Source: Amphiscolops sp. MND2022 (lineage: Eukaryota). From it: 64,000 nucleotides of DNA. The notes under the pieces were generated by a model that was not told the origin of the DNA, did no database searches, and saw nothing but the letters and a program-made list of their open reading frames with translations. Made by a program: the position numbers and the translations under genes. Of the stretch, positions 47,201 through 58,369 are shown one piece after another (position 1 is the first letter of the stretch; the number at the start of each line of letters is the position of its first letter). The DNA lies in contig OZ076409.1 in assembly GCA_964187785.1 (NCBI GenBank), positions 23,128,001 to 23,192,000 of the forward strand, given 5' to 3'.

Positions 47201-50200
47201 GCCTTGTTCGCTTTGATCAAGCTACTGTTTTTGAGAGACTCGTTTGTGAGACACATTGTGTTAACAGGCTAAACTGGCTGACTGGGAGAAAAATCTTGAG
47301 GCGGAGAAAGCTAAGCGATTGGCTGCCAGGCGAGCAGCGAGGAAAGCGGACAGACGAAGACACTTCCTCACCGAGCAGAAGAGGGAGGAGAATGCAGCCG
47401 CCGAGGCAGCTGAGGCCGAGGAACGCGAGCGACGATTGCGCAAAGAAGCTGCCGAGGAACAGGCCCGCAAGGAAGAGCAAATGCGTATGTTTAAATGGCT
47501 TTATAAGCATCTTTTGGTTACTGTGATCACAGTTGGTGGTTTTGATAATACTCAATCATAAAAATTATATACACTTAGTGTGTACTTAAGGGTTTGCTTG
47601 TACAGGTGGTAGATTGTATAGCCGAACGGTAATGCAGAATGAATCTATAGCAGAACCGAACCGAATTCTTAATTTTAATTAGTCGCTCTGTTCGACAGTG
47701 AACTTTGAATGTAGATTTGCAACCGGTCAGGGTAACTGAAAGCAAAAGTGGTATTTTGTTTATTTCGTCGTCCCATCAGATTTGAGATCCTTCTATTCGT
47801 TCTTCTCAAGCATCGTTCTGTTATACGAACGGCTACCGCTTTTGCAGAGAACGTCATTATGCTTCATTTTTGTTTCTTTTTCATGATGCTGCTGCTGCTT
47901 TCAATCTATCTAAAAATCGAATCAATCTCAATTATTGATTGATTGTAAACATTTTAATTTAAAACTTTTCCGCCATTTTGATTGGTTTCTTTTGACTCAT
48001 GCACTAGTGTAATGAAATACTTTAGTACTATTTCACAAGGCATGTGCAAAAATTATTACTTCATCATCCGTTGTAGATTCATATTTTCTCGGTACGGTGT
48101 TACAATATATAAAAGTTTTGAAACTTTCTCAGTTGCCTCTGCAATTTGTAGAAAAGTTATCCTTAAAAATATGGGTCTTTTCTTGAAGTTATGGGGCAAT
48201 CGTTGATGATCCACTGAAACATTTTTGGTTAGATTGAAGTCAGTGGTTTAGGTTGTAGGTATGGTATAGGCCTAATGAATCCCTTCAGCCACAACGCTCG
48301 CAACCAAATGTAACTGGTTTGGTAAATACCTGTCCTTATGAACTACTTTTTCTAAGTGTTTCACTATCTCGGCTCTACAATCTCGCTGGCAAAAATTTGT
48401 CACTAATATCTGGATTTTTAAATACCTAAATCTTTTTGCCATCCATTCACATTGTATCAGTTATATATGATTTTGTTATAATCCAAAACTGTCATTTGAA
48501 TACTTAACTTTAATTTCAAAAGACGGGGACTTCTCAGAAAAGCCCATAACAATTCTGGTGACCTTTTACCGTTTTTTGAAACCACTTTTGACTTTCTATA
48601 CCACTTACATCGGTCATTGGCAGGTAGTCATTCTGAATATCTATGATGGATGAATGGCTAGTTTCGTTGTGAATGTGAATTAGGCAGTCAAATGTTTTTT
48701 TCTCGTTTAGGAATGGACGAAAGACGGGCTCCTCGAGACAAGGTAATCATTGACCCTAACAATGCTTTTTGTTGGTTTTTGTTTCAATTGAAGTTTTTAT
48801 TTTGCTATCATCTTTTAGATGTCGAGAATTGAGGATGTTGATAATGAGAATGTGCTGCGGGGATCCGAATTTAAGAGGTATGTGAAATCTTACAAAACTC
48901 TTTGGATTATTTACACAGTGCAAATTAAAAGTATATCTTTTCACACCAATAAATGATCATCAGATTGAGCAGTAATAAGTTTTGATTAAAATGTAGGAGG
49001 AAATGGGTGACATCTCTAATATTGTAATTGACCAAAAATTATGAATAGTGAATGCATAGTATTATACATTGTACTTTGTGATGTCATATTCTTTTCAGTA
49101 ATCCTAAATATTAATTTTAGCAGCAAATAAAACATCTTGTGTAGTTTTGATTCTGTAATTATGGTTTTTGTTTCAGGCAAGAGCCACCGAATGAAAGACG
49201 ATGTAAGTATCATTTGGATTTTGCGAATTTGATCTCGAGAACTCTACTTTGGAACAACGATTGACTTCCGAACTGTTCCAAATGAAGCAATGATTCTTTT
49301 GTCTACCCTGGGGATTCAAATAAGACGCCCTGGGGATTCAAATAAGACGGACCCCCGCGTAATTTTTTGGACGAAAAACTGGTAACCCCTAAGTTTTTTG
49401 CGGAAATAGTTTCTGAAATACAAATTCGTCAACGAGAATTCATTTTGTCGGTTATCCCCCATACACATTCCTGTTTACCATATTCAAGATTTAAGTATTC
49501 GAGTTTTTTTTATTCAAGTTTTTCAAGCTGTGAACGTTTTTTTTTTCATAAGCGTGTTTATCAAGTATCTGTTATCAGACCCCTTGAAAATTCTCGAGAC
49601 AAGAAGAAGAATTGTTTGACTTCCTTGTTTGGATCCCCAATGTAACAAAAATTGCACTGTTTTTGTAGTTGAGAATTACAATGGAAGAAGAGATGACGGA
49701 AGTGAAATTCGAAGGGGAGCGTCTCCGGCTGGCAACCGAGGCCCGCCTGTGGGAGAAAATCGCTATCGACCGCCTGCATTCCGCGAGGGCGACCGAGACC
49801 GGGATAACTTCCGACGAAACGATGACAGGGATATGCGGCGAGATGGACCACCGCCCAACAGGGACCGAGAAGATGACTTCCGGAGGTTCGAAGGAGGCGG
49901 GCGACGCGATCGGGATATGCGAGGTGGTGACGATGATGAGTTTGCGAGAAGGAGAGACGACCGACCGCCTCCTCCTAGGGACGATAGACTGAGAGACAGA
50001 GACCAAGATGACTTGAGGCGACGGGATGATATGGATTCAGGATTCAAGAGAGGTTACAATGCTCATTCTTGTAAATATAGCGCTCGCTAAGTATCTGCAT
50101 AATTTCCGCCCTGAATTAGTTTCTTTTATTACACAGTGGACGAGTTCTAATGTATCAGTGCGTGAAAAAATGTTTCAATGAAGTCAACTCAAAATATGTC

Positions 50201-52279
50201 AAGAAAATTGTAGTGAAAAGAATCATGATATTTAAGCTTTGAAGTTTTCATACTCCTAAATTTTAGTTGGTCAACTTCTTCGCCAAATGTGTTTTAAACC
50301 TCTAACAATCGACTTGGCCTATATAGTACTTCAAATTGAAAAATGTTTAAATTCCAAAGCGGAAGTACAAGCTTGAAATAGGAGGGATTCAACTTCAAAT
50401 ATTGTTGAAACGGAACGAGCACAAGTGTTAGCTGTAGGTAAGACAATTCAGCAATTATTTGACCAAAAACTGGCGCTTTCCAGGCGATGATCTGAGAAGA
50501 GGCGGCCCTCCACCCGGGCGAGACAGGGACGATGGCTTCAGGAGAAGAGAGGACGGAGGCCCCAGAGGGGGCGATCTCTTCAGACCTGGCATGCGAGGAG
50601 AAGGGGGTCCTCCTAGAGACAGAGACAGAGATAACTTCCGACCTCCCCCATCCTCCAATTTCAGAGGAGGCGATGACCGCGATGATTTCAGGCATGTTCC
50701 TTTCGTGATAGTTTTTTATGAGTCGTCGAATTTTTATGCAATCGTACCTTTTTTCTTGCGACCTTTCAATGGAAATTTCAAATTTCTCAAAAACTGTCCA
50801 CACTATTTTTATAAAATTTAAGTCATTCCACACCCAAAGGTGCTCCTGCGTGCGCAATGACATCAAAAAAAGTATGACTGGGATTTGAGAAACATAGCCA
50901 AAATTACCCCAATAATCGGCCATTTTTGGACTTCTTCGATTTTCTCAAAAACTGTCTGGGAAAAGAATATTGTTTAAAAAGATGAATTAAATTCATTTCA
51001 AAGCCCTTCAAACTTTGATTTATTCAAGCAGAATAAAAGTTTGGCAGCTTTTTCGGTCCTTCGATCTTTCAAATTTCTTCGGAAAATCGGCAGATTTTCG
51101 ACCGGTAACCATCCCTACCTGAAAAAAAATCAATTTTCTGATTTTAATTTTTACAAATCATGATTTCAATTAATGATATAAATCAACGGTATAAATCAAC
51201 CATTCCTGATATTAGGGTTCTATGTGTGCAATGACATCAAAGTCGTAAGACTGGGATCTGATAAAAATATCCCAAAATGACCAAACGACAATAAAGTAGG
51301 TAATTTGTTTTTCAATATTTTCATCCGTTTCCGACTCCTTTACCGCACATGGGGCTCTGCTTCCTTTATCCGTGGGATCAGTTATTGACACTGCAATGAG
51401 GTCAACAGCTTGCAGCATATTTGACACAACCAATGTCTATTTCTGACTGGCCGCCTGTTGTACGGTGTCAGTAATATTGCTGCCTGTCCACTCTTGGCTC
51501 AAATATGCCCCTTTTAGGCTGGCAATTCCCAGTTGGTGATTAAATTTTCCATCAGTGCGAATTGTTATTATGTTTGACTCATACAATTTTATCAAATCAG
51601 AACCGTAAAATGTCCAAAATTTTGTTTTTATCAATGATTCGCGCTGTGGCTTCAAAATGGATTTTTCAATTTGTAGACGAGGCGGTGGATTTGGTGGTGG
51701 ACGTGACTCATACGGCGCGGGTGGTCCCCCCAGAGACAGAGACCGAGAGAGGGACTCGTTCATGGGTGCCCGTGGATCAGACATGGGTCTTCGGGGCTCC
51801 GATCGAGGACCTCCTCCTGGGGAATCGAGAGGTCCACCTCCCGGTAGAGGAGACGGGGGAGACTACGGTGGGGGCAGGTTCAGACGGGGAGAAGACGTGC
51901 CTCCTAACCCGAGGTCCTCCGACCAACAGTCAGCTGCACCTATTCGACAGTTCAGAGCACCCAACCGAGAGAAAAAGGAGAATGAGGTTAGCTAGTTGCT
52001 GTTTACATCATGCAATCAATATGATAGTCTATATAACGGAGATATAATTATCAGACGGCAATATAAATATGCAGGATCTTTTGTAAATGTCAAAAGATTT
52101 TTTGCATGCATTGATTCAATTTGAACTGAATGTATAAAATTTAATGCATGAATCTGCTTTATGTCAAATGTCAAAAAGTTAGGCAGCTCGTTTAGAATCT
52201 AAGAGTCATTTTTATCCTTTTGGCGTTTCAGCGACCACAGCCGTCCGAGGATGGATGGACCGAAGTACGAAAGCGCTGA
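38213..52279 (+). CDS. eIF3a: Eukaryotic translation initiation factor 3 subunit A (19 predicted coding exons)
   Basis: N-terminus [38 protein letters not shown]; coiled coil with [11 protein letters not shown]; Arg/Asp/Gly repeats; C-terminus DGWTEVRKR*. Exons: 38213-38261, 38347-38680, 38856-39078, 39152-39292, 39386-39594, 40325-40496, 42084-42284, 43275-43574, 44071-44312, 44757-45075, 45928-46050, 47268-47484, 48711-48742, 48819-48877, 49177-49202, 49669-50052, 50484-50691, 51677-51986, 52232-52279. Confidence 0.95.
39690..40200 (+). repeat. Intronic interspersed repeat with ~170-bp internal subrepeats
   Basis: aaaactgtccatacgatt...ggcatcaaaatcgt..ggctgggatgtgagaaaca is repeated. A related copy lies at ~50735-51365. 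Confidence 0.7.
40605..41492. mobile_element. Foldback-like MITE with inverted arrays of 15-bp GAAATTTCGTCG(T/C)C(A/G)G repeats
   Basis: Array at 40612-40726 and its reverse-complement array at 41390-41485. Confidence 0.8.
42640..42705 (-). repeat. tRNA-derived (SINE-head-like) sequence
   Basis: The minus strand reads TGGCACAGTGGTT...GGTTCGAATC (A box and B box). No convincing cloverleaf. Confidence 0.45.
46060..47208. mobile_element. Intronic TIR element of repeat family D, containing a tRNA-like segment (46828-46890)
   Basis: Inverted ends AACAAGATCAGAACGTCTCAAGTCGGTGCC and GCGCCGACTTGAGATGCTCTCGCCTTGTT. Internal TGGCGTAGTGG...GGTTCGAATCC. Confidence 0.65.
50735..51365 (+). repeat. Second copy of the intronic repeat seen at 39690-40200 (interrupted)
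   Basis: Shares ttatgcaatcgt...aatttctcaaaaactgtcca...ccgactcctttaccgca.atg.ggctctg. Confidence 0.65.
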
Positions 52280-53597
52280 TGCTGAATCGGCTGATTTGAG
52301 GAACTTGTCTGCAGGTCCTTTTTCCCTTTGGTTGATCTCTATGCTTGTCATCTTTTGTGTTTCTCTGATGAGAAGAGAATTTTGGACTTGCGCTCAGCTG
52401 TAACCATGATTTGTTACTGACAAACATGGCTAATTGTTAATTTTATTGCTTGAATGTTTGTGGTTGTGGTACCGATCGATAATATATTAAGTATTGGGTA
52501 TATGCAGTCGTGTAATCATTCTCTTGAATTGAACACTTTGCTGTTTCTTCGATTTCTCTTTCGTAACCAGAAGCTTCAAAAGCTTAAATTGTAATTACTG
52601 TACGCACACTTTAGTCAAGTTATCAATGAGCCACGGTAATGTTTGAAGTTTGCTTAAAGAATATCCTGACTAGAAACATGGTTAGCAAGCCGAGAACGGA
52701 CCGACTTTAAAAAGCGCTCAAAATGAAAAGTGCCCAGAAAGTATCAGAATGCCCTAAAATGGAGAAATTTTTAAACTTTCGTCTTTTACTTTAGTATAAT
52801 GTTTGTAATATTTCCGTCTGTATGAATATCAAACGACGGCGCACTGGCAACGAAATTTTCGCAAGTTTCCCAAGGCGGGGCCTTTCAGGATAAAGAAAAG
52901 ACTTTCTTAACAAAAAATATCACAAAAACCCGTTGTGATTTTTTTCCAATGAAAATAGTTCGAAAAAAGTAGCACTGACGAAATTACCCAAAGGTGTAAC
53001 CCTTTAGGCTCGAAAAAAGGTGTTTAATAAATTGCAAACTTGCAAAAACGAAGCGGCCAACGTTTATTTCACCAGAAAAGGTCACCCTTAAAACTCGGAA
53101 AACGGTTTTCCTTAACATGAAACCTCAAAAACCAAAATTTGTGAGAATATCGAAAAACGTTACTTTTCGAATGTTTTTCAAAATGTTATTCAAAAAATCG
53201 GTGTCGCACACTGACGAAAAATTCTCAGGGGCCCCTGTATTGTCGCAAAACGCTTTGTTTCTGCCAAAAAGACCATGCGGGTCCTGAAAAAAAATCAGGA
53301 AGTCGCATAATGCCTCCATCATGAGAAATCCGTGTTGACCGCTAGGTGAAATAGAAAGTATTTTCTATGCGCGACTATTGGAAGAAAAAGTTGAACGAAA
53401 ATAAGCCGGGAACGGCCCAAGTCGGCGCCCCGCTCAAGGCACAAAATGGTACCCAGGGACGTGGTTTTAGTATCATTTGTTGAATGAATTCGAAAATGCA
53501 AAAATGTCCTATTGTACTGAAACGCTGACTCTACAGTTTTACAGGACGCAAATTGTGTAATTTTAGGGGAAAAATCAATTACATTACACAAAAACTG

Positions 53598-53705
53598 AAA
53601 ACGCTATATCGTAACTTTAAAAACGTTACATCCGAACTTTGAAAACGTTACGTCCGAACTTTGAAAACGTTACATCCGAACTTGAAAACATTTTATCCGA
53701 ATTTA
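53598..53705. repeat. 22-bp minisatellite (AAAACGTTACATCCGAACTTTG, 4-5 copies) within a family-D repeat
   Basis: Tandem array visible directly. Confidence 0.85.
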
Positions 53706-54817
53706 AGGACTTGTTAGAAATTATATGAGAAACTTTTTGCTTTGCACTTTTTACAGTTTTGGAAAATTCTCAAGTTATAACGGTTATACGTTACAGCCTA
53801 TAAAGCTTATAAAATCTGTCAATTCGTCCGTTTTAAAACGAGCCACTACTATAGTCGTCTCTTTCTACGAAAGCGCCCTAAAAACCTGGGGGACACAGAA
53901 AATCTGCAGCTAAAATGAAAACTTCAAAGGTCAAGAACAAACCAATTAACTACTTTAGCATACTTTTAATGTTTCTACAAGAAATTGGAAAATTCGAATG
54001 TTTTCAACTTTTTATGTAGGTTTTGTGCTACTCTCGAGCCCTGAAAATGTTTCAAGTCATGAAATACCATTTAATTATTTGTGAGGTGTTGTACTAACAA
54101 GCGGTGAATACCCGGAATCAGTGAGCATTATAAATCAGGGCTGTTATAAAGAATTCCTGAATCGCCGTCGAAAGGTCATGTCGATCGTTTTGGGGACCCT
54201 TTTGGCAAGCTGATAATTCATCAAAATAATATCAGTACAAGGACTTAAAAAATTAATTTTGCCCAAAATCTGATTTTTATTAATTCAGCGATAGCAGGAA
54301 TAATATTAAAATCTCAATTAAACTTTTATTCTGTTCACTTTTCGTCGTGATTTTGAGTACCTACTAAAAAATATAGACAATTTGTTTGGCAGTGAGTCAA
54401 AATTAATAATTGAACTCAAATTTGTTGCTCTTTAGAGCTTGCAAATTACACATTGGTTGTGACATCACAGCATAGCACAACTTAAATTGAAGTCCATAAT
54501 CTTCGTGCGACGTTAAATTTATAAGTGGTCGCACAACCAGCCACTGGGGCTGCACATGAAAATAAATGTATTCACGATTAATGATTAAAGATCAAGATTT
54601 AGGCCTGCCGATAATCTTGGTCGCATTCGACAATTTGAAGAGCATGTTGCAGTCTCAATAATATTTCCCGACAAAAATGAGAAAGATTTTTCAACTTCTC
54701 AACGTCACCTGTGTTCAAAATCCTATCAAAGAGCACAATACTAGGGCATTCCAGGCAAGAAGTATTCAGATTTTGTTACGATATTCGTGTAGTTTCGTAC
54801 ATTTGAGCAGCAGATGG

Positions 54818-55214
54818 TGTTACGACTAATACTCGGGTCGTTTTGAGTTGAACTTATTCTCACTGATTTTGTAGGAGTATAAAAGTTTCTAGTTTCCTCT
54901 TCTACTTCTTCCTCAGTATTCTCCCTAATACTTCCCCTTGTTTCAGGTTTCAAGAGCTTCAACATCTCCTTCTGAGATTCGACAAGAAGATTCTTATTCT
55001 CTGATGTTATTTCCTTTTTCAAGGAAGCCCTTAAACTTTCTAAGAGGCTGTTTTCAATCCGGGGGAATTTTGGGTCAGAAGGCCCCGCTACCTCATCGTC
55101 TTGGTTTAAGGAACAAGGATTTCCTACTACTATGGGTGAAATCAAGCCTTCACTTACGTTCTCACTGGTGCTTTGCTGATCGTTCCTTCTTTTCTGGCTT
55201 CTTGTTGTTGACAT
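54818..55214 (-). other. gag N-terminus encoded in the 3' LTR of Gypsy 2
   Basis: MSTTRSQKRR...DPSISRN ends at the LTR-terminal CA in the same codon phase as MVITRSQ...GRSD in Gypsy 1. Confidence 0.7.
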
Positions 55215-57227
55215 TTTGTAGAAAAGTTTGATCTTGAAGAATTGAATTTCTTTCAAAGATATTTTCTGACAAAGTAGAACAAGACAAGGTTTTGGTGAAA
55301 TTGAAAATTCAACTGAATTGTACAATTGCGAAAGACTGAGTCCCTTAGTTAGCTAAAATCATCGTATATATACCCTTCTAGCATCATTTGATCACGAGTT
55401 AAGTCCTAATTTCCTTCGAATAATTAGTCATTTCCTGTATTTTCGGTGCAAAAATCATTTTGTTCCCAATTTTGCGTCGACATTCCGTCAAATTTTAAGA
55501 CACGGCAAATCTAATCTAGCATTAGTCATCAACCGTAATCATATTATTTCAGCTCGGCGTCCTTTTGTTTCCTCCCAAGCAGGAAGTAGATATTACTTCA
55601 GTCTGTCAAACCGGAAATATTTCCCTGTTTTGCTGCTTTGGTTCGTAAGAAACTGACACTGAGGTGACGCCGGCATGAACAACTAATGCCTGAATTTTGA
55701 TATTTCGCTCGAGAAAAATGCTATGACTAATGTTTTCAGCTCTGTAATTTCCAATGATGCTAAGAAGGAATGAGATCAAGATTAAAGAATTAGCAACAAT
55801 CTCAAATTAGTTTCAAATTAAATAATTAATGGTTAACAAAATAAAACAACGACACATTGACGCTTGATGGCTTGATAGACTAAATTGTCTAATTCAGACT
55901 TCTGCCCCAATTTAATAATATTTCAATCACAAATGCTGACTAATATTATTTTAGCATTCATCCGATGAATATACATAACACACTGTCAACAGATTTTAAC
56001 TTGCACGTAAAATAATATTTCGAACAAAAGTTTGACGACGTGAGAACGGCACTTCGTGGATTTTCTGAACAAGCAAGAGTTCAAAACCTTTTATCATCAG
56101 ATCTTAATCATTACAAAAATGTACAATAGCAACACAAACATTTATTCTGAATTTATGCACATTGGGGTTAAAGCAATGACCATCCTGATTAGGGGACGAC
56201 GACGTGCCGGCGTCCAATTAAACACAACAAGGTAATAGCACACGCTTTATGTAGTACAAAATACAAACATATGAAAATACATTTCCAATACGAAAATACT
56301 ATCGATTTACTTTCGTCATGTCCATAAACTGTGACTTTCACCTACATTATACGGGGATTTCCATTTCAACTTAAGTTTTAGAGCAGAATTAACCCGGCAA
56401 AGGAAATGTTTGACGGAAACGTGGCGTAGGTTTTCAAATTCCCCACTAATTGTCTTGTTAAATCACCAAACACTTTAAACGTATTCCTAGCACTAATTAG
56501 TTTGATTGATATTCATCATAACTTTTGGATGGACTAAAACAGCTTGTTTTGATGGAATTTGGACGTACCGTGGACGTACGTATTAGTATTAGGCCTGGTC
56601 CAGAATAGTGGACGTAACGTGGACGCAAATTTGAAGTAAGAATTAGTCCGCGCCTAGAAGACAACACCGTGACGTCACTATGGCGGAAAATCGGAATGAT
56701 TTTAAGTAGTGTCACTAATATAGGCGGTAAATTGGAATGGTTCTCTAGTGAGCGCGGACGGAACGGTGACGTCACACTATATACTTTCAAGTCTGCTTCT
56801 TACCGACATCTAATATACATGTATTCTTTATTTTGTTTACTTAGCGCAGTGCCGACGTCCTAATCCGCACTAATTGCTGTTCAAAGTGCAATTAAGCTGC
56901 CTTTCTTAGAAAAGGAGTGAATATCTCAGTGTGTCATCTCAATGTAGTTTCTATTTTAGATTCAGATAATGTCCTTTTTCCAATGGTGATTTTGGGTATA
57001 TTTTCATTTAGATCGGTCTATGGTCTTTATTTCACTGCGTGTTTTAATTTAGTTTTCAGGTGGCAAATGTTTCTATTTTGGCGCACTAAGGACGTCCTAC
57101 CGGATGTGCGTGAAATCATCTTATTTCAATTTAGTTTCAGTTCTCATTTTTGTTTAAACTTTTCGTAAGTTGGGCGTTCGTTTTCGTATTCTTAGTCACA
57201 GTTTATTCCAAAGATAAGGTTTTAAAG

Positions 57228-57926
57228 TTACCAGTTAAAATAAGATTTGGGGAATCTCAGATTGCCTCCGTGTCCTCTCCCGATCTTCAGTCGTCTGCAA
57301 CCACAAGCCAGACCGGGAGCGGGCTGTGACAGGGCCGCTCTTGTAGGAAGATTGACTCTGCCCGGGGCTCTGAGTTGTGAAGCAATTGTCGGAGTAGTGG
57401 CGACTGGCTGTACTCTCCTCTCCAAATCGTTCAAAGGACTTGCCTGCAACAAATTTATCATCCTTGGCGTTCCCGGCGGGGTGTTGAAGTAAGAAGAGGC
57501 GTCTTCCTGGTGCACTTTTTCGAGATATTCTGCTACTTTACTGCTCGTTGTCGATTCTTTATCGTCTGCCGAGGGTTCAACAACAAATATGTCAGATGAC
57601 AAGCTCTCATCAGGGCTCTCTGGAGAGTCGGCCATTACTTCTTCTTCGGGGCTTTCCGACTGTGGGTATTGACCCGATTCCACAGTTTCGAAGCTCGTGC
57701 TGAGCTTCATTCTTTTGCATTCAGCTTCCAGGGAGTCTAGAGAGAGGTCGAGAAATTCTTCCTCATCTGCAGTAGCTTCCGCAGATGAGTTCAGTATTTC
57801 GACAATTATTCTGGGATATTCTTTGTTGGCCCTAGGTAGCGGGGTAGAAGCCCTCGTGATCTCACCTTCCTCTTCGCTTGACGACGAGATGTCGATCAAT
57901 TCGTATATATCTAGTAGATTATTCAT
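57228..57926 (-). CDS. Acidic Ser/Pro-rich, probably disordered protein within Gypsy 2
   Basis: Open 233-codon frame from MNNLLDIYELIDISSSSEEE, in the retroelement sense orientation. No domain recognised. Confidence 0.55.
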   Translation of the reverse strand: MNNLLDIYELIDISSSSEEEGEITRASTPLPRANKEYPRIIVEILNSSAEATADEEEFLDLSLDSLEAECKRMKLSTSFETVESGQYPQSESPEEEVMADSPESPDESLSSDIFVVEPSADDKESTTSSKVAEYLEKVHQEDASSYFNTPPGTPRMINLLQASPLNDLERRVQPVATTPTIASQLRAPGRVNLPTRAALSQPAPGLACGCRRLKIGRGHGGNLRFPKSYFNW

Positions 57927-58029
57927 CTTCTTTGTGAGGTTTCTTTCCTTTTGCAACTGTCGTTCGTATTTAATTGTTCCACAATGAATTTGGGATTAAT
58001 TAGGATTAAGGAGAATATTGGGATAAATC

Positions 58030-58335
58030 CCTCCATTCTGATTGGTTAAACAATCATTTTAATCCTTTTTAATCTTCAGGTGTTGACGCTGTGCCAACGT
58101 CGTTTTTTATTGGCTGCAAATTGAATTAATCCGTTCAGCCAAGTTTGTCAACGTTATGCTGACGTCATTTTCGCTAGCTTAGCTAACTTTTGTTTTGTCA
58201 CCGTTATGATGACGTCATTGTAGGTCATATGATTAGTTTTCTAACCTTAATGACCTTTTGCCGACGTTATGCCGACGTCAATTTCGTTGGTTCTCATCCA
58301 ACTTTAGTTTTGTCACCGTTATGATGACGTCATTT
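58030..58335. promoter_or_regulatory. Putative bidirectional internal promoter (CRE-like TGACGTCA x3, inverted CCAAT x2)
   Basis: TGACGTCA at 58160, 58210 and 58325 within a duplicated ~70-bp module. ATTGG at ~58041 and ~58109. Lies between two divergent ORFs. Confidence 0.5.
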
Positions 58336-58369
58336 TTGGGTTTGTTTTCAGATTCTCAGCTGTTTCTTG

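Noticed and set aside
49561..50047. Antisense Ser/Arg-rich ORFs over eIF3a exons (and similar shadows over pol and polB)
   Set aside because: Shadow frames of real coding sequence on the opposite strand.
55215..57227. Inner boundary of the Gypsy 2 3' LTR and its PPT
   Set aside because: No convincing polypurine tract followed by TG was found on the minus strand, and the partner LTR is outside the window, so no coordinate is claimed.
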